Origin: Deferrisomatales bacterium
GTDB lineage: Bacteria; Desulfobacterota; Deferrisomatia; Deferrisomatales; JACRMM01
Direction: 5' to 3'
Length of the DNA stretch: 17,906 nt
Assembly (NCBI GenBank): GCA_033551855.1
Contig: JAWSUI010000069.1
Span: 1-17,906 of the forward strand
Shown here: piece after piece, positions 15,860 to 17,906 of the stretch
Numbering within the stretch: the stretch's first letter is position 1
How the letters are laid out: the number at the start of each line of letters is the position of its first letter
The notes under the pieces: generated by a model
Databases searched by the model: none
Told to the model about the DNA's origin: nothing
The model's input: the letters and a program-made list of their open reading frames with translations, nothing else
Program-made: the position numbers and the translations under genes

Positions 15860-17284
15860 TCAATATGCCCAGGCGAAGGTGAGGCTGTTGACGTACGCGG
15901 GATCATTGGCATCGACCTGGTCCCGGATCCCGTCCCCCGGCACGAACGTAGAGAAGATGTAGCCCATGGAGAAGTTCTTGGAGAGGGCATACCGGACCTG
16001 AAAGTCGAAGGTCGTCCCGGCATAGTCGTCCACCTTCTTCCCGGGGTTCCGCACGTTCACCAGGTTGTCGGTCTTGTCGTAGAAGATGAAGAAAGCCTGC
16101 GTCTTGTATGAGAGTCCCGGCGCTAGGGCCGAGAGGTCACCGCTCGCCCCGAGGGCGTAGAGGAGCTGGCCCGGGTTGTTGCCGGACCCGGCGTTTCCGA
16201 TGCCCCCGTAAACGTTCCCGCCCACGGCACGCTCCGGCGCGTAGGCGTAGAGGGTCGCGCCGTAAATACTGGCCGGCGCGGCCAGGTGCTCGCCGAGGAT
16301 GTTGCCGTCCATGCCGATCATGGGGGTGAAGCGGGCGATGTCGGTGATGCCCACCCAGCCCTTGACCTTGCTGTCGTCCTGGTCGTCGTCGCCGCTGCTG
16401 AAGCGCAAGGCGGCATACGGGTTGAAGACCTTCGTCACGGGAACCTCTACCCCGGCAAAGGCAGCCCAGGCGCGGATGTCCCGGCTCGTGTCCTTGAACT
16501 CCCCGGTCGCGCCCACGAGCTCGAGGGCCGGTTTTACCGGGCCGACCTGCCCGTAGAGCTCGGCACCGTAGTAATGGATGTTGGCTTGTCTCGCGTCGTT
16601 GTCACTGAAGGCGTAGAAGGGGCTGGCCGTCAGCTTGCCCATCCCCGTGTCCACCGTGGCATTGACCTTGCCCATCCAGACGGTCCAATCATTCTTGTTC
16701 CACCGTTCTCGGACGCCGATCGCGGTGGTGCGGTTCTGGATGGGCATGTAGAGGGCCTCGTAGCCCAGGTCGATCGGGCCCGCCGGCATCTTACCGTAGA
16801 AGCCGATATAGGGGTGGTCGTCGCCATAGAGGAGCCCCCCGGTCCGGATGTCGAGGGCCGTGATCTCCCAGCCGGTCTTGAGCACGAAGGCCGGGTCGAA
16901 GGCGTACTCCAGGCCGAGCCGCTCGATTCCGAACTCGGCCCCTTGGTTGGGCTGGCCGCCCTTTTCCGAGCTCGTGTAGAAGGACCGGTCCACGGTGTCC
17001 TTCTCCATAATCATGTCGGCTTCCAGGAGTATGTTGACGGACCATTTTTCGCCCTTGGCGCGAGCGCCGAGCCGGAACTCGCCCCGCACGTGGGGCCCCT
17101 GGGCCCAGCCTCCCTCGTTCAGGGTGGCGGCATCGCTCTTCGACTTGTCGAAGTCGAAGTTGTTGTACCAGGTGGGGATGACCCTGCTCGTACCGTAGAG
17201 CTCCATGGCGGCAAACGCAGGCGCCGAGAGAGCCAAAGCACCAAAGCAGGCAAGAACTCTGAACCAGGATTTCGTCCTCTCCAT
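15860..17284 (-). CDS. Outer-membrane beta-barrel/porin-like protein (474 aa)
   Basis: ATG 17284 after AGGAG; signal peptide ending AFA; alternating amphipathic strands; FSSGDDD loop (alginate-export-like); aromatic C-terminus LTFAWAY. Confidence 0.88.
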   Translation of the reverse strand: MERTKSWFRVLACFGALALSAPAFAAMELYGTSRVIPTWYNNFDFDKSKSDAATLNEGGWAQGPHVRGEFRLGARAKGEKWSVNILLEADMIMEKDTVDRSFYTSSEKGGQPNQGAEFGIERLGLEYAFDPAFVLKTGWEITALDIRTGGLLYGDDHPYIGFYGKMPAGPIDLGYEALYMPIQNRTTAIGVRERWNKNDWTVWMGKVNATVDTGMGKLTASPFYAFSDNDARQANIHYYGAELYGQVGPVKPALELVGATGEFKDTSRDIRAWAAFAGVEVPVTKVFNPYAALRFSSGDDDQDDSKVKGWVGITDIARFTPMIGMDGNILGEHLAAPASIYGATLYAYAPERAVGGNVYGGIGNAGSGNNPGQLLYALGASGDLSALAPGLSYKTQAFFIFYDKTDNLVNVRNPGKKVDDYAGTTFDFQVRYALSKNFSMGYIFSTFVPGDGIRDQVDANDPAYVNSLTFAWAY

Positions 17285-17394
17285 GTGTTCGCTCCTGTTG
17301 TCAATGCGAGTTGCGGCAAAGAGACCAACAAGCGATCGATGGAATGATCTGCTCCCATTCACCTCCTTTCTACTGGAATACCAAAGGGTCTCCA

Positions 17395-17410
17395 TGCAAA
17401 GTCCAGGCCC
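17395..17410 (-). promoter_or_regulatory. Candidate sigma54 promoter for the porin gene
   Basis: Minus strand GGGCCTGGACTTTGCA: good -12 element (TTTGCA), imperfect -24, correct spacing. Confidence 0.55.
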
Positions 17411-17482
17411 TTTGTTTCCGAAGCTCCTTGGGCGACAAACGTGGAAAGCTCTTCATTGACAGGCTATGTCCTGGCTTGTTGC

Positions 17483-17518
17483 TGTGGGTTATTGGACACA
17501 CATGAAGACTATTCTCCA
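17483..17518. promoter_or_regulatory. Paired upstream activator sites for the porin promoter
   Basis: TGTGGGTTATTGGACA (TGT-N10-ACA)-N4-TGAAGACTATTCTCCA; the second is 12/16 identical to the reverse complement of 2053-2068. Confidence 0.5.
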
Positions 17519-17685
17519 ATCGAGACGGGCGGCATCGCCCGGCAAGTTGGCAGCCATGGGATCCGGGGGCGGGATTTCCCGACTGGGCTGCAGGGGGGGC
17601 TGCGCCGGGCGGAGGAGGAAGATTTCAGGCACACCTCTTGCTGGAGAGGGGGTTGGGAGTTGGCAACCCGGCTCCCATTCCTCCT

Positions 17686-17725
17686 GTAGGGGGAAGGGCC
17701 TGACCCACCCTTCCCCCTACTTCTT
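17686..17725 (+). terminator. Perfect 13-bp hairpin with short T-rich tail
   Basis: GTAGGGGGAAGGG-N9-CCCTTCCCCCTAC followed by TTCTT; no evident gene directly upstream on +. Confidence 0.4.
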
Positions 17726-17906
17726 GCCCGCAGTTCACCTGTCTGCGTAACCCGGACCACCCCGGGGCAAATGGGGTGTCCCCGTCTGTTCAAGCTGGCC
17801 TTCTGCCGTTTCAGATCTCGCCCCCATGCTCTAGAAGATTTCTCTGCCTGAGACCCGACTTTGACAGTTGCACGTACATATTTCACAAATTCACAGGTGT
17901 GTTTTC

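Noticed and set aside
17655..17790. c-di-GMP-I (GEMM) riboswitch suggested by AGCCGGGTTGCC on -
   Set aside because: The 5' GGYAAA, GNRA tetraloop and GCAAA elements are not present.
17509..17886. 125-aa minus-strand ORF
   Set aside because: No RBS or motif, and it runs through hairpins and regulatory-looking DNA.
1..17906. CRISPR arrays, tRNA/rRNA genes, transposases or integrases
   Set aside because: No regularly spaced repeats, cloverleafs, rRNA-like sequence or recombinase motifs were seen.

Overview
GC-rich bacterial region; the gene families and many sigma54 promoters suggest a deltaproteobacterial/Desulfobacterota-like host (inference). It reads as a copper/heavy-metal homeostasis island that is partly decaying. 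Left to right: the 5' end of a YHS-domain protein, probably a P1B-type Cu ATPase (-); a GerMN-like exported protein with a diverged duplicate fragment upstream (-); a 54-aa secreted CxxCxxC peptide (-); a His-rich lipoprotein/TolC/Tat two-domain multicopper oxidase operon (+); a lipoprotein/orphan cytochrome b/small exported protein unit (+); several gene remnants (+); a CopB-type ATPase with an in-frame deletion of its catalytic core, translationally coupled to a PrdB/GrdB-family selenoprotein that the ORF track splits at an in-frame UGA (UxxC motif plus SECIS hairpin) (-); a small Cys4 protein/His-rich lipoprotein/membrane-sensor HD-GYP unit (-); a long intergenic rod hairpin; a VCBS/FG-GAP-like exported protein; and an outer-membrane beta-barrel (-). 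Five GG-N10-GC sigma54 promoters are visible, and four have similar paired 16-bp upstream sites about 75-125 bp from the -24 element, suggesting one enhancer-binding-protein regulon. All family assignments come from motif recognition by eye; no database searches were run.
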